Part shown: piece by piece, positions 11,873-24,270 of the stretch
Layout: every line of letters starts with the position of its first letter
Numbering within the stretch: the first letter of the stretch is position 1
Assembly: GCF_006345805.1 (NCBI RefSeq)
Contig: NC_043003.1
Coordinates: forward strand, 103,292,001 to 103,356,000
Length of the DNA stretch: 64,000 bases
Source of the DNA: Octopus sinensis
Taxonomy: Eukaryota
Reading direction: 5' to 3'
Translations under genes and position numbers: made by a program
Notes under the pieces: generated by a model
Seen by the model: the letters and a program-made list of their open reading frames with translations, nothing else
The model's database searches: none
What the model was told of the DNA's origin: nothing

Positions 11873-12475
11873 GGGTCATACCAAAAATAATGCATTTTTT
11901 TTATTTATTGCATGAACTAAAAGTCGGAGGGAGACGGGATAAACTACCTGCATCAATTTGCTATTAAAGCAGGTAGTAATGTTACCTTAATTTTATTCTT
12001 AGTGCAAGTTTTGAAGAGTGCAGTTCGATTTTAACAGTTATTTTTTCCAACTCTATAATGGATGTGACAAAAGAGCATATTCGGCATATTTTGTTTTATG
12101 AGTTCAATAAAGGCAATAACGGTATGGAAAGTGTGAGGAATATTAATGCAGTATATGAGGATCAGACAATAAGTGTAAGCCAGTGTCAACAGTGGTTCCA
12201 TAAATTCCGAGCCGGAACTACAGCCTAGAAGATAAGCCTCATCCTGGAAGATCTGTAGAGCTCGACGAGGACGTCCTGCAAACCCTGGTGGAACAAAATC
12301 CCATCGTAACTGTTGAGGAACTAGCAGAGAAGCTTGGATTTGGTCATTCAACCATTCATCCACCTGAGTGATAAAGAAAAATGACCATTTTTGGTTTCAA
12401 GACTAAAGGCGTTCTTCCATCAGGATACTGCTCGGCCACATACACCGAGGATGACATTCCAAAGGTTTATAATAA
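11871..12475 (+). mobile_element. Internally deleted mariner transposon fossil
   Basis: From ATG 12058: MDVTKEHIRHILFYEFNKG...QWFHKFRAG, frameshift, LEDKPHPGRSVELDEDVLQTLVEQNP..TVEELAEKLG. Then a catalytic-region remnant FFHQDTARPHT near 12415-12450. Confidence 0.85.
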
Positions 12476-12664
12476 TTAAGAAAATAGAAGAGACATACAT
12501 CTGTGTGTCTTTGTGCCTGTGCATTCCTCCCACCACCGCCTGACAACCGATGTTGGTAGGTTTACGTTCCCGTAACTTCACTGTTTGGGGAAAAGAGACC
12601 AATACAATAAGTAGTATGCTTTAAAAAAATTCTGGATTCGATTCGTTCGACTCACAAGCCGCGA

Positions 12665-14110
12665 GTCTTTGGTATGGCAAGTAAACTGGGAGAGTGGCTG
12701 CATGACGCCCATAAAAGAAAAGAGTCGGGCAGTTGCAACCAATGGTGCCTTCTCTGAGAAAGCACAAATTCTAAGTAGCGTCCCGAGGGAACTGTCTTGG
12801 AGCTTAACTGTTTATAATAGCTCTTTCAGACACGCCGATGGTCACTCAGACAGCTACTGTCACAAGCTACGCCGATGATACAAAATTATTTCGGGCAATA
12901 AAGCATCCAGACGATGTCGCAAGCTTACAGCGGGACCTGAATGCAATAAACAAGTGAACTGAAGTAAACAATATGCAGTTTAATGCTGGAAAATTTAAAG
13001 TACTGCGCTATCAGCTTACAATTGCACCGCAGCCTGCATACACAGGACCCAAAGTCACTACAATCCCAGAGTCGTAGGCAGCTTTGGAGATCAGTATGAG
13101 TAATGATCCATCATTTCATACGCACATTACCAAGATAGCAACAAAGTTGATACAACTGGCAGGATGGATGCTAAGATTTTTCAAGATAAGAGACCAAGAA
13201 GTTATGGTGACCCTGTAGAGGGCCTTTGTTCTCAGCCAACTAGACCACTGCTCTCAGCTATGGTAACCTCATAATGCCAAGCTAACAGCGGAGCTTGAAG
13301 CGGTCCAACGTCACTACACTAAAAAGATTGTAACAGTGCAGCAGATGCGCTGCAGGGAGAGGCTGAAAAAATACAATTTCACTCCCGGGAGCAAAGACGG
13401 GACGGATATGCAATATCTACATATGGAAGAGCTAGCATCTAACTTCGGCATCGAGTGTGAATTTGTCTGTGTTAAATACTCGAATTGGACGCTTTTGTAT
13501 TGTACCTATCTAAATTCAGGACCAGGTACTGCAACAGCTTATGGTTCAAAGGCCCATAGCTCTTCAATAGCCTGTCACAAAAGTTTAGAAACCTGGTCGT
13601 CAGTCATTTTGTAAAGGCGCATGGCTCGGTTGTTAGAGCGTCGGGCTCACAATCATGAGATAGTGAGTTCCATTTATCGTCCGGGCTGTGTGTTTTGTTC
13701 TTGAACAAGACACTTTATTTCACGTTGATCCAGTTCATTCAGCTGTTGAAATGAGTTGCGATATCACTGGTGCCAAGCTGTATCGGCCTTTGTTCTTTCC
13801 TTTGGATAACATCAGTGGTGTGGATAGGGGAGGCTGGTATGCATGGGCGACTGCTGGCATTCCATAAACAACATTGCCCGAACTTGTCCCACGGTCATTC
13901 GTGACCAAAGGGGATCTTTACGCAATGTGGACGTGAATGTCTTCAAAAAGAACTAGACTTTCTCCTCTCCACAATACTCGATGAATCAACAGCCCGACAG
14001 ATGAGGGCAGTGGTGTTATACACCTCATACACCAAAAGGGCCAATAGGAGATCAAAGACACATACAGGGGTGGTGATGTGAAACTCCGCCACCCTAAAGA
14101 AATCAGCCAA
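12665..14110 (+). mobile_element. CR1-clade LINE 3' fragment (RT domain to C-terminus), interrupted by a SINE
   Basis: SYADDTKLFRAIKHPDDVASLQRDLNAINK*TEVNNMQFNAGKFKVLRY near 12865-13010 with a decayed GVPQGTVLG upstream. The C-terminal NVDVNVFKKELDFLLSTILDE resumes at ~13925. Confidence 0.85.
13614..13918 (+). mobile_element. tRNA-headed CORE-type SINE nested in the CR1 fossil
   Basis: aaggcgcatggctcggttgttagagcgtcgg head and cttgaacaagacacttt CORE-like segment. CR1 coding sequence lies on both sides. Confidence 0.65.
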
Positions 14111-14624
14111 AGAAGAAATGTACCTAAAGGTACAAAATCACAGTGATGCCCCAGCATGACCGTAGCTGCATAGCTGAAACGAATAAAAGAATTTGTGTGT
14201 GCGTGTGTGAATGTATGTATGTATGTATGTATATTTATGCATACATGTATTTGTACACATGCACCATACATACAAATGGAGAGAGAGAGAGAGAAAGAGA
14301 GGTTCTTAATCCTTTATCATTTGGCGGAAATCCGTCCTAGGTAGAAGATTAAGAAACGGGGTACGTGGAGATTTCAGATTTAAACCCTGTAGATATGAAC
14401 ATTATCAAACTTTCTTTAACTGGTATCACAATCATTCAAGTTCAGTAACGTCTGCTCTTACTGATATCAAAACAGTCGTCGCAAGCACACACACGCACTG
14501 TGATTCACTTCTAGTTTTTATTTATAAGTGAATCACAACCAGCAGGTGTGTTCCTAGGCTTTAATATGACTCAACCACATTGTGATATTATGTACACACA
14601 CACGTATATGTATGTGTATATATA

Positions 14625-14656
<32 letters not shown>

Positions 14657-15750
14657 ATATATAATATATATATATATATCAATATATAATAAAGGTAAAA
14701 TTATTAATTAATTAATAATTAATAATTCCATCAAGTAGTATTCGGCATGTTAAAAGGACCATTGCCAAAGCCTATTATAATGGTATTCATAATTTAAAAA
14801 ATATATGGGGTGGGTGTGTGTGTTGCGTAGCGTACGTACGTATGTAAATATGTATATCTTGTCAGATCCAGACCGTCAGATCCAGCCTTCACATACCTAA
14901 GTAGATAAGCGCTGACAAGTAGTGCAATTCGGAATCAGAATCGACCTGGGGATAATCGTGGCTAAGAGGTGATTCTATACGCTTCAAAATCCTGAAACTC
15001 CCGAACAAAGGTTTCCCTATCGGATGCAGTTTAAACTCACACACACATAAATATATGTGTTTATATGTGTTACGTATGCCACTGTTAAAGCTTAATTCCT
15101 AATCTAGCGAGAAAGGACAAAACTTATTCCATCTACAGACCTATCTCTCCCTAGAGATTTTGAACTTTCATAGGAAAATGTAACGTTGTACCAAGCTTTG
15201 GAGTTCCGGAGAAGAAGGACTGGGTAGTTTTCAAGATGGTGTGCAATTGGGATGTTGTTGAAATCACAAGAAGAGGGGAGGTAAGTACACCAGGTAATTA
15301 AAGAAAAAAGACAGGATGTTACAGTTGGAACGTTATTAATCATATATTTACTGGAATATTACACGCCAGAAATACGACGTAACGTATGGCATGTTAGAAA
15401 TAGCAGCTAAAATGTCCTCTATATCTAACCCTACTATCTTAAAAGATGGAAGCTCTATTATTTTTTGCTATATACTGTGTTTGAAGAAAAATGACAAGAG
15501 AATCATGTCTTGTAGACCTTTGAAAGGATGTCTAATGGTCTCGGTCTGGTTAAATCAGGTCTTACCTAGGGTTAAACAACGATAACAATAACAACAGCAT
15601 TAGTAATATGACCATGATCCCATCTCCCGAACAGAATTAAGAATGAAATCAAACATATAATTAATACAGACATGTAAACGAATATTAATGATGGAAACAC
15701 TCCCGTATTTCCGATTCGTAAAAAGGGGGCAACTACATGTACATATACTT

Positions 15751-15820
<70 letters not shown>

Positions 15821-16129
15821 GGTGTCATAATTATTAGATTTATAGTGAAGCTCCTGCTGTGTTTTGAACCATCGTGCTCAGGTTCCCCAGCTCAGGACCA
15901 TGGCCTACAAATACTGCCATAAAGACAAGGCTAGAAATGAAAAATTATTTCTGCCACCATATAAGTCATTAAAACTTACGCGAACACGGCTCAACCAATC
16001 AAATCGCTTGGTGTGTAACCCAGTGAGCTCAAATCTTCCCGCCAAATAGTCTGGTCTATGTTGCCCTGCCCTATGAAATGGTTTTTTAGCCTCCTTCTGC
16101 TATTCTTTACAGAACAACCTATGACACTA

Positions 16130-16343
16130 ATTCTGCTCATGATCAGAAATGCACATATCGTCAGCCACTTAGGGAGATGCTCAACTGGTTAAGGTCAAAC
16201 AACTGACAAGTAAATTTGTGGTATTGAGCAGAATATTTGTTGTAGCCCATCTTTTATAGGAAAGCAAAACATATACATGATAACACTTCCAATCAGTTAA
16301 GATCAGAAGCCATGAGAGCCACTGCTTGGTACTGCATCAGGGC

Positions 16344-16346
<3 letters not shown>
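16130..16346 (+). repeat. Unclassified retroposon 3' fragment ending in a long (ATT)n tail (16347-16442)
   Basis: Unique-looking sequence running directly into an ATT/ATC tract. Confidence 0.4.
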
Positions 16347-16386
<40 letters not shown>

Positions 16387-16442
16387 GTTATTATTATTAT
16401 TACTATTGTTATTATTATTATTATTATTATCATCATCATCAT

Positions 16443-19400
16443 TATACTGGATTTTATAAGTCAAAAACAAGATAGAGACAGAGGGAAAGGAATTTGAGGA
16501 TTTGATCCTCAAAACCCCAAAGACAAATGTTGTCAGACGTTTATAAAACTATAATAGAAAAATCCCCAGGTAGAGTGGAGATTTTTTTTTAATCTGTTAG
16601 TGAGAGGCTGTTGGAAGGGCCTATTAAAACATTTTCGCCAGTAGAGAGGCCCGGAACTTCCGGGCTTTTCGAAAATCAAGGTGAGTAACCTCCTCCTTTT
16701 CTTTCTCCAACTAGCATGGCTGTGCTGAGAATGGAGTGTATGAATGTGCATGGCCTGGGATCAGCTTAGAGGCAAGGTCTCTTTCTCAATGATCTCAAGT
16801 CACTTGATTTGGATGTAGCTACCATTAGCGAAATAAGGATCTCCAGAAAACACGCTCTAGCATTCATTTTCGAGGACTGCGATGTATTCTCATGTTGTAG
16901 TCTATCAGGATCGGGTGGCGGTGTAGCAGTGCTACTCCGGAAATCCTTAAATCTCCAAGTACAGGCTATCTTCCTGGACATGAATGGCAGCGAAGGTACC
17001 GCCTTTAGATTGGTGACGGTTTATGCCCCAAGAGGGGGGTGGAAGGGAATGCAAAAGCCTCGAAAACCTGCTCAGGACTTTCCAGCTTTCTGACAGGCAC
17101 CGACTGGATTTCTCTGATGTGCCAGTTTGGTCATCCAGGTCGTATTTAGGTAGAGTTTGGTTATCCACAATTTGAATTGGTCGGCTACACAGATCACAAA
17201 TTTGTGATATGCTGAGTCGATTTAGATAGGACCCGTAAACAGGAACCTGATTACTGGAAATTGAATGCGTCCTTACAGGCTCGCAAAGACTTCAGGGACC
17301 AGATTAGCAAATTGGTTAAGCGGCAGTTGACGGGGGCTATTGTCAACAACCGTTGGTGGATCGCTCTAAAGAGATCGATTAGAGTAGAATCGTTAGCATT
17401 TAGCAAAGATTTAGAAATAGAAAGAAATAGATTAGAGGGAGAACTAGTTATCAAACTAGAAGAGACATCGCGACCGACGTATAAGTGGCGAGAATGACGA
17501 AGGAACTAAAGCCGTTCTATGGGCCCGAATGGTAGAGGCGACGTGAAAACAAAACCACGATCAGGACAGACGAGGGCTACTCGTGTCGGGGCATATATGC
17601 GCGGCTTTCTAGCATCACTTTGCGCAGCTGTTTGGGGAGGGTCATGGGTCGACGACGGTAGCGAACTTTACTTTGTACCTAGACGGCCTACAACAGCTCT
17701 CGGTGACGGACACGAGATTCTGCGAAAAGCCGATTACAGCCTCTGAAATACGGGAGGCGATGAGCGATTGCACAAGTTACAAATCACCCGATTTAGATGG
17801 TCTGCCCTACGAATTCTATTCATGCCAGATTTGCTTGGCAGCCTCTTGGCAGATGTCTACAGTAACTAGCAGCAGAACGGGAGAATTCCTTGCAGTTAGC
17901 CAGGGCGTAGTAACACTGCTGAGAAAGGACGCCCACAATGGGGACATGCTAGGAAATTTTCAGCCTATAACTCTGCTAGACACAGAGTTTAAGATTCTGG
18001 CCAAGGTTTTAGGGAAAAGGTTGGTGCTTGTCTTTGGTAGTCTGGTCGGGGAGGCACAAACGTGCACAATCCCGAGCAGTTCTATCCACGACAACCTCCA
18101 CCTTATGCGATACATCGTAGAGAGGTCTGAAACTAAAGCTGGCTTCGGTGGGGCCCTAATCAATTTAGATCAGTCGAAAGCTTTCGATATGGTAGGCCAT
18201 CGCTACTTGGAAGCCGTCCTTAAAGCGGTCGATTTCAGACCCGTTTTCAGAGGATAGACTGCTGCAATGCACAGCGGCACTTGTTCGGTGGTCAAAGTAA
18301 ATGGCCACCTATCGGAACCGTTTAGTATCACACGTTTGGTCCGTCAAGGCTGCCCACTGTCACCTCTTCTATATGTGCTGACTCTCGATCCACTGCTGCG
18401 GAAGTTGGAGCAGTTAAGTGACCTTCCTTTCAAAATCGAACTCAGGAGGGCAGTGTCTGCATACGCGGGCGACGTGCCCGCCATGGTGTCGGACACCTCC
18501 AAAGTGAAGGCAGTTGGCTCCATTGTAAAGGAATATGAGTCGGCTGCAGGGGTTAAAATCAATGCCGACAGGTCGGTGGCATTGTGACTGGGCATCTGGG
18601 GAGGCAGATTGATTTCTGTCGGATGGCGTCGTCGGACGCTGGACTGACAGATCAGTTAAACCGCTTGAGTTTTGGTTTGGTCACGCCCTCCAGGTGGATA
18701 AGAATTGGGAAGAGATGACGAACAGGGTGGCCTCTCTTACCCAGAAATGGGCAGAGAGGAAGTTGTCCATGAAAAGTCGAGCAGAGGTGGTGAATGCTAA
18801 CATCACCTCAGTCATTATTTATCGTCTGACGGTCGTGCCTTGGTTCAGTTACTGCTTGATTAGATTGGAGCGTATCCTGTTTACTTTCCATGGCTTTTAA
18901 TGCCCAGACACGTACTCAGGTTGCACTACCTGCAGCGATTTTAAGAAGGTGAACGTGTGTGAGCTCCGTTTGTGAGACACGCCTTTCCGCAGCTCGTCTC
19001 CTTGACGGATCTGCAGTCCTGGGTAAAGGATAAGCCGAAACTGGGCACTTAGAATGACGTCAGGCGCTCACTGTCCTCTACAAAATGGACAATAGGATCG
19101 GTGGATGTTCCACTTTAGGTATTTACAGAGGATTAGTGGCGGGGAAGAGGGACGACGTCCTCGGGAAGACCCTAGGCGTCGACGAAGACGAACTGGCAAG
19201 TCTATTCTAGAGTATTTTCTGGTCGGGGACTGTTATGGATAATTTCCAGATGTCTTTGGCCTGGCAGTGCTACCGGGAGGCGCTACAGGTTCGAGATAAA
19301 CTTTACATGCACAGATCAGCCGTCAGACGGGTTTGTCCGAGGTGCTCGCAGAGCAACGAAACCGTTCTGCATGCACTCGTTCAGTGTCCAGGCATTGCTG

Positions 19401-20042
19401 ACTTGTCGGGTTATGTCCAACAGCTGCTGTCGCATATAGGACAGATCCATTTATCAATCGATTCCATAATGATAATTACCCCGCTGCCCTCCTTTAATCG
19501 GGCTGGCAAAGCGGTTTTCCTTTGTCTGGTGGCTGTGGCGAAAAAGGCTATCTGGCGGACAAGGCTGAAAGGAATGAGGACAGAAACGTTCCTCTTTAGT
19601 AAAGCCCTCATCGACTTTTTTCAAGTTTCATTTGAAAAGGAAAATGAGGGTGGAGAGGGGGTGCTGTCCTCGGGTTAATTTATGAAAAGGTGGGTGAAAG
19701 TTGCGAAAATCGCAAGAGTGGATGGTACCACTCTCACTGTAGACCTGGGAACCGGAAGAAATAAGTTGGAGAGGGCTCTCGTCTTTGATATTCAGGGTGA
19801 TCTTGGGTGGTGGTGTTCCTTGACTATCCCTAGAGGTCCTCCTGTATCAGAGGGATCCTATCACAATCACTCCCAACCCGCCTCTTTTTCTAGTGTTGTA
19901 TACTATGTATACTTCCCTTCTTCTAATGTATACCGTGTATAATTTTTATTTTATCATTCCGTTCTATGTAAACTCCCACACTTTATGTCTGTCTTTCTAT
20001 TGCCCCCCTCATCCTTCACCCTGATGGCAAATAAATGAAATC
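16443..20042 (+). mobile_element. 5'-truncated Tx1/L1-clade non-LTR retrotransposon, 3.6 kb
   Basis: APE endonuclease start, RT domain and C-terminal Cys/His motif. 3' end ...atggcaaataaatgaaatc. Identical 20-bp flanks attattatcatcatcatcat at 16423-16442 and 20043-20062. Confidence 0.9.
16716..19678 (+). pseudogene. Disrupted ORF2 (APE + reverse transcriptase + C-terminal zinc-binding motif) of the Tx1-like element
   Basis: MAVLRMECMNVHGLGSA*RQGLFLNDLKSLDLDVATISEIR; FQPITLLDTEFKILAKVL; LDQSKAFDMVGH; VRQGCPLSPLLYVL; AYAGDV; CPRCSQSNETVLHALVQC. Multiple stops and frameshifts. Confidence 0.9.
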
Positions 20043-20848
20043 ATTATTATCATCATCATCATCATCATCATCACCACTTTTCGCCATCCTTTCTATCCTT
20101 CAACTCTACAAGTTTACTCTGCCTCAGCTCGATCTTTCCTCCCTAGTGACGGAGGGCACCTTTAAGGGGTTGTGTTAAGGAGCAGAAGTTGAAATTTGTA
20201 ATGCGGGTGCGATAAAACACAAATTGAACAAAGTTATCTGCTAAAATTGTTGATGACAGAAAAGAATGTCTTAACAGAAGAAGAATGGGGCCGAGATGCT
20301 GGTAGTGGAGATGGAGATGAGACTGTTACTGAGGGGTGGTTGTGAGAGATGGGGAGGAAGTTGACGGAGGGTGGAAAGATATGAGTAACGGTGCCTTTGT
20401 GATGTGAGGTGGTGAGGTCCGGTGTTTTGTAGGGTGTGGGGGAGGATAATAGAATTTGTAGGATAAGGTAGAGGTGGGAGATAAAAGAGGTGGGAAGCTG
20501 AGGAATAAAGGTTGGGGTGGAAGGAGCAAGTGAGAAGAGAAGAAAGATAAAGGGGTGATAGGAAAGGTAAACACGGTGATGTTGGTGGTGGTAGTGGTGG
20601 TGGTGATGGTTTTACTGATGATGATGATGATTAAAAGATGAATAATAATGAGAAATCTCACGTTGATAACTTAATTGAAAGAGCAGATTTATGGTGGGTT
20701 GTTCTGAGATATATTAGAATGTTCGGGTGCTGGGTTGATATGTTCGGGTGCTGGAGAAGGAACGCACAAATACGCTCACATACATATATTTGTGTGTGCA
20801 TATATACACATATATAATACACACACACACAGATACGCACATATATAT

Positions 20849-20891
<43 letters not shown>

Positions 20892-21245
20892 ATAGATATA
20901 TATATATACACTTATGCATGTATATATGTATGCATAAACACATACATACTGAGCAAGATAAAGGCAGGCAGATGCATGCATAAAGTTATTCAGTATAGGA
21001 ATGTACGTATTGATATATGTAATATAAACAGATACATACATGCATGCATAGATGCAGATTGACAGGCAGAGAGCCAGGCAGGCATCCAGCCAGACAGGCA
21101 TGTATACATACACCGGGTATATATTTAACCGGATGGTTCGATAGATAGGTTGTTTTCCTGATGCGATAGAGAAGCATATCCATATAACGATAAAAAGATT
21201 AAATATGTAGGTATGTACGTATGTATATTTTACACACAAACACAC

Positions 21246-21293
<48 letters not shown>

Positions 21294-22596
21294 GTAGGTA
21301 GGTAGATAGATAGATAGATAGATAGATAGACAGACAGATAGGTAGGTAGGTAGGTAGGTAGGTAGGTAGGTAGGTAGGTAGGTACACAAATGTCTCGGGA
21401 ACAGGTAAGGGGTGGTTGGATAGGTAGGTGTTTTGTATGTAGAGTAGATAAGAATGAAAGAGTAAAAGTTGGGTCGACAGACAGATACCAAAAAAATAGA
21501 TAAAAATATAAGAAGGAAGAAAACGAAAGAAATAAAAGAAAAAAAGGAGGAGAAATAGCAGAATGCAAAATATTCGAAGGTGAGAACATTCAAGGAAACT
21601 GGTAAATGTATGAGGAAAGAGAATGAGAAGCAAAACCGAAATAAATTATACAAAGACTACATTAATGAGTATTGAAGAGAAGAAAATGAAAGAGTTCAGG
21701 AACAAAGCGAAGATGTTGTTTGGAATTGGTGTAAATTTTTTGCCAGATGCGTTATACGGTATTTTGCCAGACAGGTTGTTCGGTATTTTGACCAATAAAA
21801 AGGTTTTGACGCATTGAATCCACAGTGAAGATAGCTGTGGTGGATTGGAAGGAAAACCACTATGTAAGGCAAGCGGTTTCAACATTTCAAGTGCTTCATA
21901 TTTGTTCTGCCACATACTGTCTACATCAAACCCCAGCGCTTCTCACAATCACAGACTCTTTATATCAATCAAACCGCAAATGCTTTCAAGATTCGCTCAC
22001 TCACCACATTGTTTATATAAATCAAACGACAAGCGCTGCCATATTCACTCAGAAGGTGAGCAGAATGAAATCGTTCAAAATAGTAGGTTATTATTGGTGT
22101 CTTAAACTTCAAGTCGGCCTCTAAAAGACCTCTAGCACTGACCAACACACAATCCGGTACTTTAAAAGTTAGACCTATTCTGGGATATATTGAGGCGCCG
22201 ATTCCAAAAATACTAGCTGTTTTGCACAATTAGCTGTAGGATTTTTTGAGATGCAGCATACCTCTTTATATGTTGACATGTACACTCGTGCACTAAGATT
22301 GGGACCCAGTTACCCGTTGCAGCTACTTTGGGGTGCTGATTCCAAAAATGGTGGCATGTTCTCTTCTATAATTTATATGCTATTTTGATATAAAAATAAT
22401 AGCAACATTAATGCTATTAATATATTACATGTTATCAAAACAGCCACATGTTTCTTAGTTTATTTCAGTACATAAAAAAAAAGTTTAGAATAAAATTAGG
22501 AACAAAATATGGTGTTTGTCTTAGCTACTTAAACAGTAAATACTCTCGACTGAATACGTTAAAACATAAAGGGGGTGTTTTTGATGCTTTTCGTGC

Positions 22597-22885
22597 GTGC
22601 GTGTGATATAATCTAATGTATGTCTGCAAGAAAAAAGTTCGAAAGTGGAATAAATCATTTCGTTATGAAGAAGAGACGTATCAGTTTTTGGATTATATCC
22701 TTCGTCAGATACAGACGAAATATTTACTAGTGATAATTTGCATCATTCAGAAAAGAAAAAAGAGTAAATATTCCGTCTGTATCTGACGAAGGACTCAATC
22801 CAAAAAATGATATTTCTCTTCTTCCATACAAAATAATTTATTCCACTTTCGAACTTTTTCTTCCATTACATTATATCACACGCAC
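22597..22885. repeat. Foldback element, ~125-130-bp imperfect arms, 34-nt loop
   Basis: gtgcgtgtgatataat...ccttcgtcagatacagacgaaatatttact pairs with agtaaatattccgtctgtatctgacgaagg...attatatcacacgcac. Confidence 0.85.
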
Positions 22886-22887
22886 AC

Positions 22888-23120
22888 AAGGCGGCGAGCT
22901 GGCAGAATCGTTAGCATGCCGGGCGAAATGCGTAGCCGTATTTCGTCTGTTGTTACGTTCTGAGTTCAAATTCCGCCGAGGTCGACTTTGCCTTTCATCC
23001 TTTCGGGGTTGATAAATAAAGTACCAGTTTCGCACTGGGGCCGATGTAATCGACTTAATCCTTTTGTCTGTCCTTGTTTGTCTCTTCTGTGTTTAGCTTC
23101 TTGTGGGTAGTAAAGAAATA
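22888..23120 (+). mobile_element. SINE family B, tail type i, full length
   Basis: aaggcggcgagctggcagaatcg...gggtagtaaagaaata. Confidence 0.85.
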
Positions 23121-23696
23121 TATATTACACACACACAAACACATACACATATGTGCACAACTCCCAACAGCACCAGTAGAGAATAACTTAGTTTTACGTC
23201 CAAGAGTGTGCTCAATTACTGATAGAGTGAAAATTCATTTTGGACGAATGTACGAGGATGGAGATGCTTTTGGTGTCATTCTTGACCAAATTATAGCAGC
23301 ATTGGTCAGGAAAAAATATCATAACAAGAACGGGGCTCATGCTAGGAAAGCTATTAAACCTACTATAGACTATATATCAGCAATTAGAAAGTGGTTGTGC
23401 TCGAAATAAAGTTGAGGACCACCATGTGTGTGTGTGTGTGCGCGCGCATGAGTGTATGTATTATATATATATATATATGTATATGCATAAGTGACTTAGG
23501 AAGGACATATTATCCAAGCGGATACCGTATTGGCTCTCAGCTCAGTTCCAGTTAACGGCTAACCACAACGATCAGTATTTAACGTCTGTGACTACATTTA
23601 GTTGTTAATCACCCCGTGGATTCTTCCGATGGGTAATTCGGTTTCCTTTTCACTGGAAGGTAAAAAATTGTCTGGGGTGTATGTTAACATTAAAAA

Positions 23697-23894
23697 TAAT
23701 AAAGAGTATGGGGACTTGTACAGCCACAAAATTTATTTCATAGCTATTTTATGTATATAAAATTTATTTTATATACAGTATATATAATGATCTACACGTA
23801 TTTACGCTACAGTTGGAAAACGTGGTCATTATAATAGCAGTATATAATTCTAAAATAAAATTTGTGGTTGTCCAAGTTTCCATACTCTTTATTA
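23697..23894. mobile_element. MITE-like element with ~45-bp imperfect inverted termini
   Basis: taataaagagtatgggacttgtacagccacaaaattt versus aaatttgtggttgtccaagtttccatactctttatta. Confidence 0.6.
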
Positions 23895-23911
23895 GTATTA
23901 TTATTATCAAC

Positions 23912-23951
<40 letters not shown>

Positions 23952-23974
23952 TATATATATCTATATATAAATAT

Positions 23975-24235
23975 TAGGGTAATAAGAATTATAGAAATTA
24001 TTATTACCAGTGGCCTAGCACAAAAAAATAGTCAATAGACTATATATTATTCACATAAAAATATCGTGTACATTAGAACACATTAAGAGGCTTCCAAATA
24101 GGAAAGCCTTGTGCTAGAAAGAGCAGTAGAAAACTCAAACCACTAATTATGGATAAATTCTCGAAAGGATTGAAAATTAAAAACGTTTTCCATCTGATTT
24201 AGTTCCTAGACCATGGTTTCTAAATCATTCCAGTA
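23975..24235 (-). mobile_element. Older, truncated copy of the hammerhead-bearing element family
   Basis: Colinear homology to 24287-24545. Minus strand retains GAAAC-catg-GTC-tagg at 24205-24220. Confidence 0.65.
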
Positions 24236-24270
24236 TATATATATATATATATATATAGTATATATATATA

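Noticed and set aside
15174-15280. Internal exon candidate (AG...GAG|GTAAGT, one frame open)
   Set aside because: Needs a phase-1 upstream intron, incompatible with the phase-0 exon 1 donor. The peptide is unrecognisable.
21660-22360. piggyBac-like or other DNA transposon remnant
   Set aside because: Only vague Cys/His spacing and a twice-occurring gattccaaaaat motif. No convincing transposase motif or TIR pair.
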